Below, piece by piece: positions 61,707 through 63,569 of a stretch of 63,569 nt of DNA; position 1 is the first letter of the stretch, and every line of letters begins with the position of its first letter. Origin of the DNA: Octopus bimaculoides (lineage: Eukaryota); NCBI RefSeq assembly GCF_001194135.2, contig NC_068982.1, positions 13,580,880 to 13,644,448 on the forward strand, read 5' to 3'. The notes below the pieces were generated by a model. That model was given only the letters and a program-made list of their open reading frames with translations. It ran no database searches and was not told the origin of the DNA. The position numbers were made by a program, and so were the translations under genes.

Positions 61707-63569
61707 CAGTGAGAGAAAGAGAGAGAAGCAAATGCTGATAAATAATAATGAAACCAGACAGAGAGTCTGATTCCCTCTCTTAAGCTGTCAAGTATTCCCT
61801 CATGGCTTAATTTCACAGCAAAACTGAACACATATGGATGAGAGTCTATGTGTTGGTGTATTTGTTATTTAATCCTGGTCCTCAGCCTTGTACAATTATG
61901 TAAATTTATTTATACTAATGACCGTTTTGCTTACATTATTCATAAAAAAAATGTATTCTTCTGAACTTTGGGTAACAGAAGACAAACTAAGTGATCCCTG
62001 AGGAATTTTTGTGTAAGTATATAAGTTCATTTGTTTATTCCTAACCCTACTGAATTGGTACGTTTGTAAATAAGTACCAAATTTATAACTAATTTTGTTG
62101 ATACATTTTAACAATAGTGATTAGATGATATCTTATATTTTCAGTTTTATATATGTGGTNNNNNNNNNNNNNNNNNNNNNNNNNNNNNNNNNNNNNNNNN
62201 NNNNNNNNNNNNNNNNNNNNNNNNNNNNNNNNNNNNNNNNNNNNNNNNNNNNNNNNNNNNNNNNNNNNNNNNNNNNNNNNNNNNNNNNNNNNNNNNNNNN
62301 NNNNNNNNNNNNNGGGGGGGGCTGTGTAATATTTATGTATATATACATAAAATGAAAACTTTCTTGGTATTATTTATTGACTATTAATAACGTGATCTTT
62401 TGTGATTCTTATCAGGAAATGAAACATATGTACAGGTGAATAAATAATGCCCACAAAAGTTGGACTTATATAAACAGGAGCAAGAAAGGTAAGCTTTGCT
62501 TGGCAGAGAAGGCAACAATCCTTAAAAAATTCACTCGACCCAGGGACCTTTTTAAACTCCAGGAAAGAAATATTTAGTCAATGCCCTCATCTAAAACGTT
62601 TCCCACTACAAACTTGGATTTCCTCATTTGTTGAACAGGCCTACTGTTGCTCCTTCAAGTATTACCATAGCTAGTGCCAATGTAAAGGGGATAACCTCAG
62701 GGTGTCAGCATTATTTGCCTGCTTAGCATGAATCAGAGATGAACCACATTTGTTGCCTGGAGTAGTCAGATCAGAAAGCAACACATCCCTCATCAATGAA
62801 CTAATTTGAAGTGCCAGCATCAGTGTTGTTTTATGGTAAAATTATATTTTCCCCTTTGTTTCGAAATACATTACAAATCACTATTCAACTTGTATCTCTT
62901 TACCATTTACAATTTTAATTGCTTTCAACTTATTTCACTATTTCGAGGAAACAATTATTACTGTGCTGATTTTTCATTCTATTTAAAAAAATTCTTTCTA
63001 TAAGTTTTGTTTAAAAAGCATTTTATCTCATTATTTTGTATTTGTAAGTTGACAAGTGTAAGATATCTTCAAGAAAGAAGTTATTGTGACACATTTGAAT
63101 CATGATCTGGAGATGCACTCAAATAAGTTATTTATTATGTTTACTAATTTGATTTCATCAAGTCTGAAAAAGACAAAAAAACATCTCTGAAATATTTCCA
63201 GCTTCTTATTTGAATATATTTTATATGTTTGTATTTAAAATAGCAAATTAGAAATATAACAAAAAAAGATAACATAGATATTGAAGAATACTATGCATAC
63301 GTGGAAGCAAAATGAATTTCTTGAAAATATTATGCTTGAAATAGAAAAAAGACACAAAACAAAAGAGTTGTAACTGTAACTCAGACGTACGTACGACAAC
63401 TAAAATGACTTTATAAAAATACATAAACACACACACGTACTCATGCCCATGAACATATGCATATGAATGTATGTATGTAGGTAGGTAGGTACACACATGA
63501 ATGTATGTATACACACATACACATATGTGTGTGTGTGTGTGTATGTATATATATATATATATATATATA

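Noticed and set aside
61936-63163. Minus-strand exon candidates (GSLSLSSVTQSSEEYIFFMNN; LDEIKLVNIINNLFECISRS*)
   Set aside because: Only splice-like signals support them; there is no recognisable protein family.

Overview
AT-rich, repeat-saturated animal DNA from a gapped short-read scaffold (many N-runs, several with sequence duplicated across the gap). The SINE repertoire and (TA)n/(CA)n/(GAT)n density point to an octopus, probably Octopus sp. (inference from recalled repeat sequences). No host protein-coding gene could be identified with confidence; most ORFs in the supplied track are microsatellite or SINE artefacts. The window contains: (i) about 50 copies of four tRNA-derived or RTE-tailed SINE families, labelled A-D here; (ii) fossils of RTE and CR1/L2 LINEs, at least five Penelope-like element (PLE) remnants, and Tc1, mariner and maT transposases; (iii) hAT, piggyBac and TcMar MITEs, often nested. 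The main finding is a non-autonomous retroposon built as tRNA-like Pol III head + (AAT)n + PLE-type minimal hammerhead ribozyme + short ATT tail. It occurs as a monomer with an 11-bp TSD (23628-23848) and as head-to-head inverted pairs (56377-56935 with a 13-bp TSD; 12083-12527). A second, unrelated and apparently intact minimal hammerhead lies at 19729-19763, and three decayed hammerhead-like relics are also present.
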